Shown here piece after piece: positions 8,683-17,550 of a stretch of DNA of 64,000 bases. The translations under genes and the position numbers were made by a program. Under the pieces are notes generated by a model. It made no database searches. It saw nothing but the letters and a program-made list of their open reading frames with translations, and was not told the DNA's origin. The stretch lies in the NCBI GenBank assembly GCA_964443675.1, contig CAYUDN010000002.1:2586-66585 (forward strand), written 5' to 3'. How positions within the stretch are numbered: position 1 is the stretch's first letter; each line of letters begins with the position of its first letter. This DNA comes from an uncultured Candidatus Saccharibacteria bacterium. GTDB taxonomy: Bacteria; Patescibacteriota; Minisyncoccia; Phycocordibacterales; UBA5272.

Positions 8683-9013
8683 TCACGGACAATCACATAT
8701 CGAAATGGCTTTAGCTATGTATAAGGAGAACGTATCGCCGTCAGAACAACGTCTTCAAGTAATACTTTCTCAAATACCAGAGCAACAAAACCTTAAAGAG
8801 GGACGTGCGGTACGTTCCCCGTATAGATGGCTAGCCATTACACAAGTTGCAACACTTTTTGCTATCATAGTTGCAGTGCTTCCTGCTTCAATCGGAGAAA
8901 TCCGTGACGCATATAACAATCCGTACTACGAAACCGATAAGCAAATAGAAGCCTTTGAGCAGCAAATAGATAACGAAGATACTCTCAAAAACCTTGTTGA
9001 TTACTCCTTATAA
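8669..9013 (+). CDS. Small single-TM protein overlapping the sigma-factor stop; candidate anti-sigma factor
   Basis: ATG at 8669 overlaps the sigma stop. One TM helix (WLAITQVATLFAIIVAVLPASI). Position after an ECF sigma gene suggests an anti-sigma role, but no diagnostic motif is present. Confidence 0.35.
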   Translation: MTTTNHGQSHIEMALAMYKENVSPSEQRLQVILSQIPEQQNLKEGRAVRSPYRWLAITQVATLFAIIVAVLPASIGEIRDAYNNPYYETDKQIEAFEQQIDNEDTLKNLVDYSL

Positions 9014-9025
9014 CAACTACTGCCT

Positions 9026-9631
9026 ATGAAATTACACACCAAAAAAATCATCATCTCTTTGTTGCTCGTATTTCCTCTTTCCGGATACGCACTTGATGAT
9101 CAGACAACACTTCAACCATCACAAAAAGAAATAAAAAAGGAGAAAAAAGAAAAACTCTTTTTGAAGAATGACCAAGAAGTAGTTGAGGTACAAGAAGAAA
9201 CTACAGAAGCATCACCCTCTGATGAGATGCAAGACTTTACTTTGTGTTCCCAACAAGCAATAGAAGAAAGGGACACGAGAATCGCTGCCTCAAGAACCCT
9301 CTACAATCAAGCAATGAACAACGCGCTTCAGGAACGCAAACGTAACGAAAAGCTTGCGGTAGCTATTAAACAAGACGATGAAAAAAAGTCTGCAATCAAA
9401 AAATCTGTAGAATCCTACAAAACACTTGCAAAATCAGCTCAAAGTAGTCTCACTTCCGCAAGAAAAGAAGCCTGGAAAAACTTTGAAGATAACCTCGAAG
9501 CATGTAGAACTTTACAAAATCCTAAAGACAAGCAAGCAGATGAAGACGTGCAAGGAGGAGAAACAAATACCCTAAAAGAAGATACCATAAAAGATACCAT
9601 TTTGAACACCATAAAATCTCTTTTCAACTAA
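9026..9631 (+). CDS. Secreted K/E-rich coiled-coil protein, hypothetical
   Basis: Signal peptide MKLHTKKIIISLLLVFPLSGYA, then charged low-complexity sequence. Confidence 0.45.
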   Translation: MKLHTKKIIISLLLVFPLSGYALDDQTTLQPSQKEIKKEKKEKLFLKNDQEVVEVQEETTEASPSDEMQDFTLCSQQAIEERDTRIAASRTLYNQAMNNALQERKRNEKLAVAIKQDDEKKSAIKKSVESYKTLAKSAQSSLTSARKEAWKNFEDNLEACRTLQNPKDKQADEDVQGGETNTLKEDTIKDTILNTIKSLFN

Positions 9632-9648
9632 ATCAATACTACGCACTC

Positions 9649-9688
9649 AGACAATAAAACGAAGGGTAAACCCTTCGTTTTATTGTCT
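9649..9688. terminator. Perfect 18-bp palindromic hairpin (AGACAATAAAACGAAGGGT AAA CCCTTCGTTTTATTGTCT)
   Basis: Perfect inverted repeat with a 3-nt loop, lying between two convergent genes. Confidence 0.7.
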
Positions 9689-9710
9689 TAAAAAACACAA
9701 CCTTCTGATT

Positions 9711-9870
9711 ATACCATCTCCAACTAAGGCTTCCGAGTATATAGGTGTCTATACTTTTTAGCGAAAAACAAGTCGGAACACGAATCATATAGATATATGA
9801 AGAGTGTGAGACGAGGTTTTGCAGCAAAAAGTATAACCACTTGTTCGGAATGGTTAGTTGGAGATGGTAT
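9711..9870. repeat. 160-bp element bounded by a 17-bp perfect inverted repeat (ATACCATCTCCAACTAA / TTAGTTGGAGATGGTAT), extendable to an interrupted 26-bp stem; candidate structured RNA or MITE
   Basis: The arms are at 9711-9727 and 9854-9870. The adjacent GGCTTCCGA / TCGGAATGG extends pairing. Internal complementary segments AACAAGTCGGAA and ACTTGTTCGGAA are present. The right arm overlaps the xth stop codon. Confidence 0.5.
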
Positions 9871-10649
9871 TATATCGCAAGTACAAGCTCTGTTGGTGCA
9901 TGATCACTCCCTTCAAAAGTATCGAGAATTGCTGCGTTGGTTTGTTTTTCTTGAAGCAGCCCACTAAGTGACTTACTCACAAAAATATAATCTATTCTCC
10001 ACCCAACATTCCTTTCTCTCGCTCGCGTCTTTTGGTCCCACCAACTATATCGCACCTCGGTAGGATGAAGTGTTCTAAAGGTATCAATAAAACCTTCTTG
10101 TATCACACGGTCAACCCAAGAACGCTCAACAGGAAGGAATCCTATATGTGTGCTATTTTCTTTTGGTCGCGCAAGGTCGATTTCGTTATGGGCAACATTA
10201 AGATCGCCACAAAAAATAACACGTGGATTTTTTTTCTCAAGACGCTTTACATAGACAAGAAACTCATCATAGTAAGCAAGTTTAAACTTAAAGTGCTCTT
10301 CATCACGACCACCGTTTGGGAAATATGCAGTAACAAAAATAAAGTCATCAAAGTAAAGCGTGAGACATCTTCCTTCTGTGTCAAAAGCTTCTTTTCCTAA
10401 ACCGTACACAACCTTCTTCGGCTCCTTCTTTGTATACACAGCAACACCAGAATACCCTTTGCGTTCTTTTGCACTATCGAAGTACGCATGATACGAGTAA
10501 GGGGAGGTAAGCGCCTCGTCCAGTTGCTCCTTGTTTGCTTTGGTTTCTTGAATAGCAACAATATCTGCATTAAGCGCAAGAAGTCTATCAAATGCACCTT
10601 TTTTGTAACAAGCACGAATGCCGTTTACATTGTAAGAAAGAATTTTCAT
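9870..10649 (-). CDS. xth: Exodeoxyribonuclease III (AP endonuclease)
   Basis: MKILSYNVNGIRA...IQETK...FCGDLNVAH...SDHAP: full set of Xth/APE1 family motifs. Confidence 0.9.
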   Translation of the reverse strand: MKILSYNVNGIRACYKKGAFDRLLALNADIVAIQETKANKEQLDEALTSPYSYHAYFDSAKERKGYSGVAVYTKKEPKKVVYGLGKEAFDTEGRCLTLYFDDFIFVTAYFPNGGRDEEHFKFKLAYYDEFLVYVKRLEKKNPRVIFCGDLNVAHNEIDLARPKENSTHIGFLPVERSWVDRVIQEGFIDTFRTLHPTEVRYSWWDQKTRARERNVGWRIDYIFVSKSLSGLLQEKQTNAAILDTFEGSDHAPTELVLAI

Positions 10650-10778
10650 GAGGAAAAATATGTAAAACGAAGTTTATAAAAAAAAGACAAGAAGTATGTA
10701 ACCGTGATTAGTATAAGTATAACTTCTTGCAGGCAAAAGAAAAAGGCGGGGCAATTGATGCCACGCCATAGGTACACC

Positions 10779-11201
10779 TCATAAGGTGTACACAATATCG
10801 TACAAGGAACCGTTCTTTGTAAAGACAAGATAATGTTCACCTTCCTTAACTTCAAGGATATGTGCAACAACTCCTGTCTTAAGATCCTTGATAGGATGTG
10901 GAATGCGTCCGTTAACAAAAAACCCAGGGTATTGATCGTACCACAAGGAGTACGCTACTGGATTTTCTAGAGGTTCACCCTTCTCACAGATCTTTGTCAC
11001 TGTAACCGTTCCACAAACAAGTTTGAGGGCACGAGGAACAAAGGGACTTACAATAGGGACCCTAACCACCTTAGAGTATGGTGATTCTTTCTCTATACTC
11101 GGCCGAACAAAGTCGCCTACCTGTCCTGCAAAACCAGATGAAAAATCAGACTCCGGCGGAAGTGTAACAGGAAGTCCGCCACCCTCATTTACTTTTGCCA
11201 T
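10779..11201 (-). CDS. Hypothetical protein (140 aa)
   Basis: ORF starting MAKVNEGGG. No recognised family. Confidence 0.4.
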   Translation of the reverse strand: MAKVNEGGGLPVTLPPESDFSSGFAGQVGDFVRPSIEKESPYSKVVRVPIVSPFVPRALKLVCGTVTVTKICEKGEPLENPVAYSLWYDQYPGFFVNGRIPHPIKDLKTGVVAHILEVKEGEHYLVFTKNGSLYDIVYTL

Positions 11202-11277
11202 AGCAAAACTCCTCAAAAGACCAAACAAGATCAACACTACAGTACAACTATCACTTTGTCAACAAACTTCTTAATTC

Positions 11278-13200
11278 TTATCGTTCATTAGTAATTGAAG
11301 TTCCGGTCTCTACATAAATTCTCTTCTTCGCTTCCTTCTCTCCACAAGAAAGATGAACATCAAGTGTGCTCCCTACCTCAACGGTCTTTTGTCCTGATGT
11401 CATCCAATCACCTCCTTCATGCTCTTTCGTGAGAGTGGTAAGGGATTCTTTTATTGTTCTTGATTTAACACCATCCTCTATATCAACTTTTTGTTCCTCA
11501 AAAATCGCATTGAGATCGTTCACCGCCTCACGCTGCACCGCCGAACATCCTGACTTTGAACACACAGGAGAAGCAAAAAGGGTACACGTTGAGGTAGGGA
11601 AGTGTATGGACCAGTTGATTACTGTCTTTTGGTTAGGAAGAAGTGTTCTTGGAGAAATAAGAAGGAACACCTCTGGTGAAGGAAGATTCGTTGCATGAAA
11701 ATATTTAACCACAGGAGAACTTACCCTGTCGCTTCGTAAACAAGTAGCACTATAATTTCCTGTTATAGAAAGAGGCACTCGAACAATTTCTTTGTATACA
11801 CCAGTAGCAACTGCTACACCGGTATCTGTGTTTACCACTTTATATGCATCCGAACCAGAACACTCAAGCTCCATCGCGCCTTGTGTCGAATAATATTCAC
11901 CAACAAGATGAACATGTTTAACTTCTGGCATTACACACACCTGAAGACTCTCACTCCAAACACCTGGTGCGCACGTTGTTCCAAAAGTTCCTTCAGCGAT
12001 TTTTCCGGTAGAATCATATAACTCAACCACATAAGGTTCTTCTCTGTACCGAAGCTCTTTCTGTAAACCACCAGACTGTCCTGAGCCAAGAACAACAACC
12101 ATATCGTTAAGAGGCATACGCGCTTCCACTTGTCCTACACTTTGTTTTGCTGACCAAGCAATATGTATCGGGCAAGACTTTTTATCTCCCTCAATACTAC
12201 AAGATCGACTAAGCACCACATTACCAAAAAGTTGACGACATTTACTTCCATCCCAGATAGGCTTATCACCCTGACAAAGAGCTTTAACGGTTGATGTTGC
12301 AGTAATATCTGGCTCAATACATCTATTAAGAGAATAATTCCATACCGCAGTTGGAGAAGTGCAGTACACAGGGTAACAATTAGTAACATCAACGGCGTCA
12401 CACACAGTAGCACTAACAGAAGAACTATTTGATTTATTTGAAGTAAAAGTATTTACAGAAGAGAGAAAGTCGTTAGTTACCACAACCTGCTCACCACCAA
12501 CAGAATAAACACCTTCTCCTTCTTTGGTACGTAACGGTGTCTGGGCAAACCAGGCAGCAAAACGAGATTCTTTGCTTTTTTTGTTTTTAAAAAGACGCAA
12601 TAGTTCTCTTTCTACTTCTTGTGGAGAAGTTGTCTTGGTAATGTTAGCAACTACAAACATGAGCGACCCTTTTGTGTACCCTTTTGGGGTTACAAAGAAG
12701 ACCGATGAGTACAACTCTTCGCTTGTTGTATTCTTAAAAACAATCTTACAGTCGAAACCATCCTCAACCTCTTCATAAAAAGGGACATCCACTCTCTGTG
12801 TACAAGTAAGATCTCCTTTTGTTGCTTCACTAAAAGGGTACTCCCTAAGAAGGATCTGGTAATTTGCAAGGTTTTGTAACACCTCTGCTTTGGTGGCACT
12901 TTGTGTCACTTCGGCAAAAATAATTCTATGTGCTGGGTTTTGGTTTTCGCACACATATGCAACAGACTCTTCAGTATCACCTTTTTCTCCACAATACACT
13001 CGAACGGTGTTGTCGAACTCTTTTGTAAGCCCCAACGAATAGTGATAGTGAGAAAGTAAAAATCGATCAATTGTGCTACTTGTAGCTTCCAAAGAAGTGG
13101 TAATCATATCTTCCTTTGTTATTACAAAAGAAGATATGTACAACAAGAAAGCTACGAGTACTATACCGCCAAGAGAAAACCACACGATCAACTTGTTCAT
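11278..13200 (-). CDS. Membrane-anchored Cys-rich extracellular protein, hypothetical
   Basis: N-terminal TM anchor (LIVWFSLGGIVLVAFLLYISSFVI) followed by a ~600-aa domain with many Cys residues. Confidence 0.5.
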   Translation of the reverse strand: MNKLIVWFSLGGIVLVAFLLYISSFVITKEDMITTSLEATSSTIDRFLLSHYHYSLGLTKEFDNTVRVYCGEKGDTEESVAYVCENQNPAHRIIFAEVTQSATKAEVLQNLANYQILLREYPFSEATKGDLTCTQRVDVPFYEEVEDGFDCKIVFKNTTSEELYSSVFFVTPKGYTKGSLMFVVANITKTTSPQEVERELLRLFKNKKSKESRFAAWFAQTPLRTKEGEGVYSVGGEQVVVTNDFLSSVNTFTSNKSNSSSVSATVCDAVDVTNCYPVYCTSPTAVWNYSLNRCIEPDITATSTVKALCQGDKPIWDGSKCRQLFGNVVLSRSCSIEGDKKSCPIHIAWSAKQSVGQVEARMPLNDMVVVLGSGQSGGLQKELRYREEPYVVELYDSTGKIAEGTFGTTCAPGVWSESLQVCVMPEVKHVHLVGEYYSTQGAMELECSGSDAYKVVNTDTGVAVATGVYKEIVRVPLSITGNYSATCLRSDRVSSPVVKYFHATNLPSPEVFLLISPRTLLPNQKTVINWSIHFPTSTCTLFASPVCSKSGCSAVQREAVNDLNAIFEEQKVDIEDGVKSRTIKESLTTLTKEHEGGDWMTSGQKTVEVGSTLDVHLSCGEKEAKKRIYVETGTSITNER

Positions 13201-13272
13201 ATTGACAAGTATAACAATACTGCATACTTCTCACCGAACATAACAGGGGATAACAACGGAAGCAACAATACT

Positions 13273-14226
13273 CTATTCTTCTTTTTTCTTACGATGAAAC
13301 TTCTCATACTGATCTCTTAAGAACTTATTCGTTACATTGGTATAAATTTGTGTTGTTGCGATAGACGCATGTCCAAGCATCATCTGCACGGTGCGGAGGT
13401 CAGCACCATTGTAAAGAAGGTCGGTTGCGAACGAGTGACGAATTACGTGCGGAGTACATTTCTTTGCAATACCAACACGTTCTGCATACTTCTCTACAGT
13501 ACGCTCAACACTGCGAGGAGTGAGACGTATTGACTCTTCTTTTTCAATACGAGCATGTGCACGAGGGGAATGATCCACAAACATCGCTTCATCAATATCA
13601 ACACGCTCTTTCAGGTATGCTTTTACTGTTGCAAGTGCACTGCCAGAAATAAACACTACGCGAATCTTCCCACCTTTTCCTCGAATAGAAATTTCACCAG
13701 AAGAAAGATCACAATCTCGATCAAGCGAACAAAGCTCCGAAACACGAAGCCCGGTAGAAAAGAGAAGTTCTAGCATCGCCTTATCTCGAAGTCCCGCAAT
13801 AGTACCCACATCTGGAGCAGAAAGAAGCGATAGAAGCTCTTTCTCAGAAATAAGATCGAGTTCTCTTTGGGAAGTTTTGGCGAGTTCGATCTTCTCTGGA
13901 TCATAGCCTTCCACTCCACGTTTTCGAATATATTTTAGAAAGGCACGAAGAGCGATAAGGTGGTAATTCTGTGTTTTTTTGTCGAGAGTTTCTTGTGCTT
14001 GACCTTTCTTCATCTCTCGTGCAGGGAAACGGTTAAGAAAGATACGATATTCACGCATCATTTGTTCAGTAATTGCGTGTGGTGTTACTACGCTATACTT
14101 CGTCTCTGCAAACTCAAGAAACCTTGTTAAGTAATGGTCGTAGTTACGTACCGTGAGCGCGCTTCTACCTTTTTCGATTTCGATATATTGTAAAAAATCT
14201 TGTTTAAGAGAAAAGAGGGAGGGCAT
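13273..14226 (-). CDS. xerD: Tyrosine site-specific recombinase, XerC/XerD family
   Basis: N-terminal SAM-like core-binding domain. Catalytic domain carries R...HxxR...Y motifs (LRVSELCSL, HVIRHSFATDLL, LGHASIATTQIYTNV). Confidence 0.85.
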   Translation of the reverse strand: MPSLFSLKQDFLQYIEIEKGRSALTVRNYDHYLTRFLEFAETKYSVVTPHAITEQMMREYRIFLNRFPAREMKKGQAQETLDKKTQNYHLIALRAFLKYIRKRGVEGYDPEKIELAKTSQRELDLISEKELLSLLSAPDVGTIAGLRDKAMLELLFSTGLRVSELCSLDRDCDLSSGEISIRGKGGKIRVVFISGSALATVKAYLKERVDIDEAMFVDHSPRAHARIEKEESIRLTPRSVERTVEKYAERVGIAKKCTPHVIRHSFATDLLYNGADLRTVQMMLGHASIATTQIYTNVTNKFLRDQYEKFHRKKKEE

Positions 14227-14296
14227 GGCTAAAGACTAAAATAAAAAAGATTTATCAATACAATCTAAGTATACAATTAAACTATATAAAAAAAGA

Positions 14297-14321
14297 AACC
14301 GAAGGCAAAGCCTTCGGTTTG
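14297..14321 (-). terminator. Hairpin AAACCGAAGGC-AAA-GCCTTCGGTTT with a T-run on the minus strand
   Basis: 11-bp GC-rich stem followed (on the minus strand) by CTTTTTTTATA. Sits after the GHKL ATPase gene. Confidence 0.65.
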
Positions 14322-14334
14322 TTACTCTTTCATG

Positions 14335-15993
14335 TTATCGCTTCATCAGCATCATCTTCACAAAGTCGTCAACTGCCAACTCTGCAAAAGCTTGTGCCGT
14401 CTCTTGTTGGTTGGGAGACATGAGCGCAACACGAAGAGCGGAAATGATAATCTTCTGATAGAGGTCTCGAACCTTTGCGTCAGAAGTGTCTACCATTTCC
14501 ACAAGAGGATGTGTTGGATTGATTTTCAAACACACCGATTCTGGGTTAAAGAACCAAAGCTTCGAACCAAGGTCATCAGACACCACGTGGAGACCAGAAG
14601 AATGTCCGCGAACAACTTTTCGCTCGCTACCTTTCCCAACCACAACAACGGGATGATGTGCCTTTTTCTCGTCTTTTGTTCCTGGTTCTGACTTCTTTGC
14701 AGCACTTTTACCCCTACGAATAGGAGTAACGTTTTTGCCAGTCATTCCAAAACCAGTAACATCGGTTCCTGGGAGATCTACGTGTCCGATGCCAACACTA
14801 CCGAACTTTGCGTTCACAAACAACGAAGCAAAAGGTGAGGTGTCTTTTTTCAGAAAGTCACCAATCTTAAGAAGAGCTTCTTCGACCAGAACCTGGTGAC
14901 GAACAGCTTCTCGTTTTGCCTTCTCATCGTTGTAGTACGTCGACCCGATGGTTTTGTACCAAGTGTCGACAGCACACGCAAGCGCAAGCTGAGCATCACC
15001 TTCTTCAAATCCTTTACGAGAGGACCGAAGGACGAGATTCTCTGCCAAGATTTCACCCTGGAACATTCCAGAAGCAATCGCCGTTTTTGTCTTCTCGTCG
15101 AGCATCCGATAAAACGATCCCTCGTTAAGCCGGTCAGCACGAAGAGGGAGACGGAACGGGTTCGACTGGGAACCGACACCGATACGAAGTGGCCCCTTAT
15201 GGCCTACAGGAGCAAGATAGAACATCACCTCGACTTTTCCTGCTGCTTCGTCGTCAAACACCCACACGGGGAGCTCTTTCCCTTCGAACTTTTTTGCTTT
15301 GAAGGTCTGTTCTGTGCGTTTTCCTTCTTCAATGACAACAACCTTTATGGAAGTTCCCAGAGAAGCGAGTTTTGCACCATACTCAATCTGCACTTCAGAC
15401 TTAAACTGATCGAAGTCAAAGCGACGCTTCACCTTGTCAGTAGTCAATCCGTACATCTTTACTTGAGTACGCCACCACACAGACTCACGGTAGGAGGTGC
15501 CTTTTTGTTTTGGGGTCCTTCCATCTTCGTGAGCAAAAGAAGGTTCTGGTTGGTTGTAAAAAGGCCACCCTTCTTCTTTTGTCTCAAACATCTTCTTACG
15601 ATCAAACTCATACGACTGGTACACATGCCCAGTCGAAGCAGTAATGATTTCAAAAGATGCATGAATAGAGAGCGGACTAACCATCCCAAGACCAAACCGT
15701 CCATAACGATCACCTCTACCGCCTTTTACCGACCTCCCAATCGACTCAAGCGCTTCGTGAACGATTTTGCTGGACATGCCAGCACCGTTGTCAAAAAACG
15801 ACACTTCACCGGAGTCAAGGTCAACAATCAGCAAAATACTTGTTGCACCTCCTGACTCAAGATCAACGGCGTTTTGCAACAACTCCTTGTACACCGGTAC
15901 CGCTGTCGGGTACACCTCAAGTGCTCGTTCCAACAATCCTCCACGATGACCCTTTGCAAAGATCACCTTCTTCCCAGACTTTTCAGCCACCAT
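14335..15993 (-). CDS. Bergerat-fold (GHKL / HATPase_c-type, MORC/sacsin-like) ATPase, 552 aa
   Basis: N-box ELLQNAVD, G1 box DNGAGM, G2 box GRFGLG. SD AAGAGGAG precedes the ATG. Only a 12-nt gap separates it from the upstream gene. Confidence 0.7.
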   Translation of the reverse strand: MVAEKSGKKVIFAKGHRGGLLERALEVYPTAVPVYKELLQNAVDLESGGATSILLIVDLDSGEVSFFDNGAGMSSKIVHEALESIGRSVKGGRGDRYGRFGLGMVSPLSIHASFEIITASTGHVYQSYEFDRKKMFETKEEGWPFYNQPEPSFAHEDGRTPKQKGTSYRESVWWRTQVKMYGLTTDKVKRRFDFDQFKSEVQIEYGAKLASLGTSIKVVVIEEGKRTEQTFKAKKFEGKELPVWVFDDEAAGKVEVMFYLAPVGHKGPLRIGVGSQSNPFRLPLRADRLNEGSFYRMLDEKTKTAIASGMFQGEILAENLVLRSSRKGFEEGDAQLALACAVDTWYKTIGSTYYNDEKAKREAVRHQVLVEEALLKIGDFLKKDTSPFASLFVNAKFGSVGIGHVDLPGTDVTGFGMTGKNVTPIRRGKSAAKKSEPGTKDEKKAHHPVVVVGKGSERKVVRGHSSGLHVVSDDLGSKLWFFNPESVCLKINPTHPLVEMVDTSDAKVRDLYQKIIISALRVALMSPNQQETAQAFAELAVDDFVKMMLMKR

Positions 15994-16005
15994 TACTAAC
16001 TCCTC

Positions 16006-16776
16006 TTAGTTAAGTTCTCGATAGGCACGTTCACTGCACAACCTTGCAAGAAGGTTCTTCAAGTCAAAGATACTCTTTTGTCCTGCTACTTCACGAAGAA
16101 ACCTTCTATCCTCTTCTGTTGTTGAAGCATCACAGTAGAACTGTGCAAAGTCAGTCAAATTTGAAACCAAAGAAGCAAACCTTTCTGCTCTTTTTCTTGC
16201 CTCTTCTTGAGTAACACTTTTCTCAGGAACCTCTGTGTTTGTAACACTAACAGTTTCTGGTTCAGGTTGTTGTACTGCTAGAGAGTCTTGAAGATACCTC
16301 TCCACAACACCTCTAAGCTCAAACAAAGAGTCTTTCTTCTTCTTTATCATGTTCCGAACACTATCCGGAACAGTATCAACGATAAGCTTGAGTTCTTCTC
16401 TATGTCTATCAGGAAGGAAACGGACACCGCGAACATGGAGCAAAAAGCTTTCTCGTACGGTTGCTGTATCAACGAAAAACTCAAGCCCTTTACCAGAAAC
16501 AGCAAAGAGTTGGAGGAGTTCCATTGAAACTTCTTCTTTTGCAACCACTCCAAAAGGAACAGGAATACCACAGAAGTCAAGAAAGATCGCAATCCTCAAA
16601 AGAGTCGACATTACTGCCGTCTCTTCTTTTTCAATGATCTTAACAAGACGGTATCTATGAATACCTACAGCCTTAGCGAACAAAAGAAGTTGGTCTGGTG
16701 TAAGTGCTTTTTGTAGCAAAAACAACCCTTCAAAAATTGACGTCTCAATGGACGTCTCTTGGCGTGCGTTTGTCAC
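16006..16776 (-). CDS. Hypothetical protein (256 aa) co-transcribed with the GHKL ATPase
   Basis: GTG start preceded by AAGGAG with a 7-nt spacer. No recognisable family. Confidence 0.5.
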   Translation of the reverse strand: MTNARQETSIETSIFEGLFLLQKALTPDQLLLFAKAVGIHRYRLVKIIEKEETAVMSTLLRIAIFLDFCGIPVPFGVVAKEEVSMELLQLFAVSGKGLEFFVDTATVRESFLLHVRGVRFLPDRHREELKLIVDTVPDSVRNMIKKKKDSLFELRGVVERYLQDSLAVQQPEPETVSVTNTEVPEKSVTQEEARKRAERFASLVSNLTDFAQFYCDASTTEEDRRFLREVAGQKSIFDLKNLLARLCSERAYRELN

Positions 16777-16848
16777 AATAAATCTCCTTGTAAAAGAACT
16801 CTTTCTTACCCTAACGCAACCCTACCACAAATAAACAAAAAGTCAAAC

Positions 16849-16873
16849 AAACCGTCCTTGTTGAGGACGGTTT
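16849..16873 (-). terminator. Hairpin AAACCGTCC-TTGTTGA-GGACGGTTT
   Basis: 9-bp stem. On the minus strand it is followed by a T-rich tract. Separates the HTH gene from the downstream pair. Confidence 0.55.
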
Positions 16874-16883
16874 AGTATAACTA

Positions 16884-17294
16884 TTATTTTCTTTTTACTT
16901 TCTCCTTTTGATGAAGAAGGTGGTTCCAGTCTTCGTTAGGAAATTGCCTTTTCATAAGAAGAACCCATCGTTCAAAGGAATGCTTAGACCCTTCCTCTGA
17001 AGACACTTCGCCATCTTCGCTTCTGTGAAGCTTCTTTTGTGCAATACACACAAGTGCTTGTAGGTCTTCTTTGGTAATTTCCTTTCTCGAAAGAGTATGG
17101 TTAAACAAAAGAACTTTAATTGCCTCATCTCCAAATACATCAAGAAGACAGTACAAAGCTTGCGTTGAGGCCTTATGTCCAGCAACATCTGATTCGTTAT
17201 GACTCACACTAGAACCAGTGCAACCAAGAAGAGCAGACAGTTCTCGAACTGTAAGACCTAACCTGTGCCTTCTGATAGCTTTAAAGGTACCCAT
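16884..17294 (-). CDS. XRE-family helix-turn-helix transcriptional regulator
   Basis: N-terminal MGTFKAIRRHRLGLTVRELSALLGCTGSSVSHNE (Cro/C1-type HTH). GGAG SD 5 nt upstream of the ATG at 17294. Confidence 0.6.
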   Translation of the reverse strand: MGTFKAIRRHRLGLTVRELSALLGCTGSSVSHNESDVAGHKASTQALYCLLDVFGDEAIKVLLFNHTLSRKEITKEDLQALVCIAQKKLHRSEDGEVSSEEGSKHSFERWVLLMKRQFPNEDWNHLLHQKEKVKRK

Positions 17295-17550
17295 AACTTC
17301 TCCTTTGTATTCAAAAAAACACCAAAGAGAGTGCAAGAGATATACTACACCAAACACTCTCCTTCTCAAAACAAAAAGATATTACTTCCTGAAAGAAAGT
17401 AAACATCGCTCAAGATACCTAATAATACACAATGAAAAAGAGTAACGTATAGTTATTTTTTAAGCTGTATACCAATCCGTGGAACGGTTTACAAAACTTT
17501 ACCAGTGTGTTAGTGTAAAAAGTAAGTGTTCTTAACTACGGAGATAGACC

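Noticed and set aside
14896-15855. 319-aa + strand ORF
   Set aside because: It is entirely antisense to the GHKL ATPase gene, which has clear Bergerat motifs, SD and operon context. Long antisense ORFs are expected in this GC-elevated segment.
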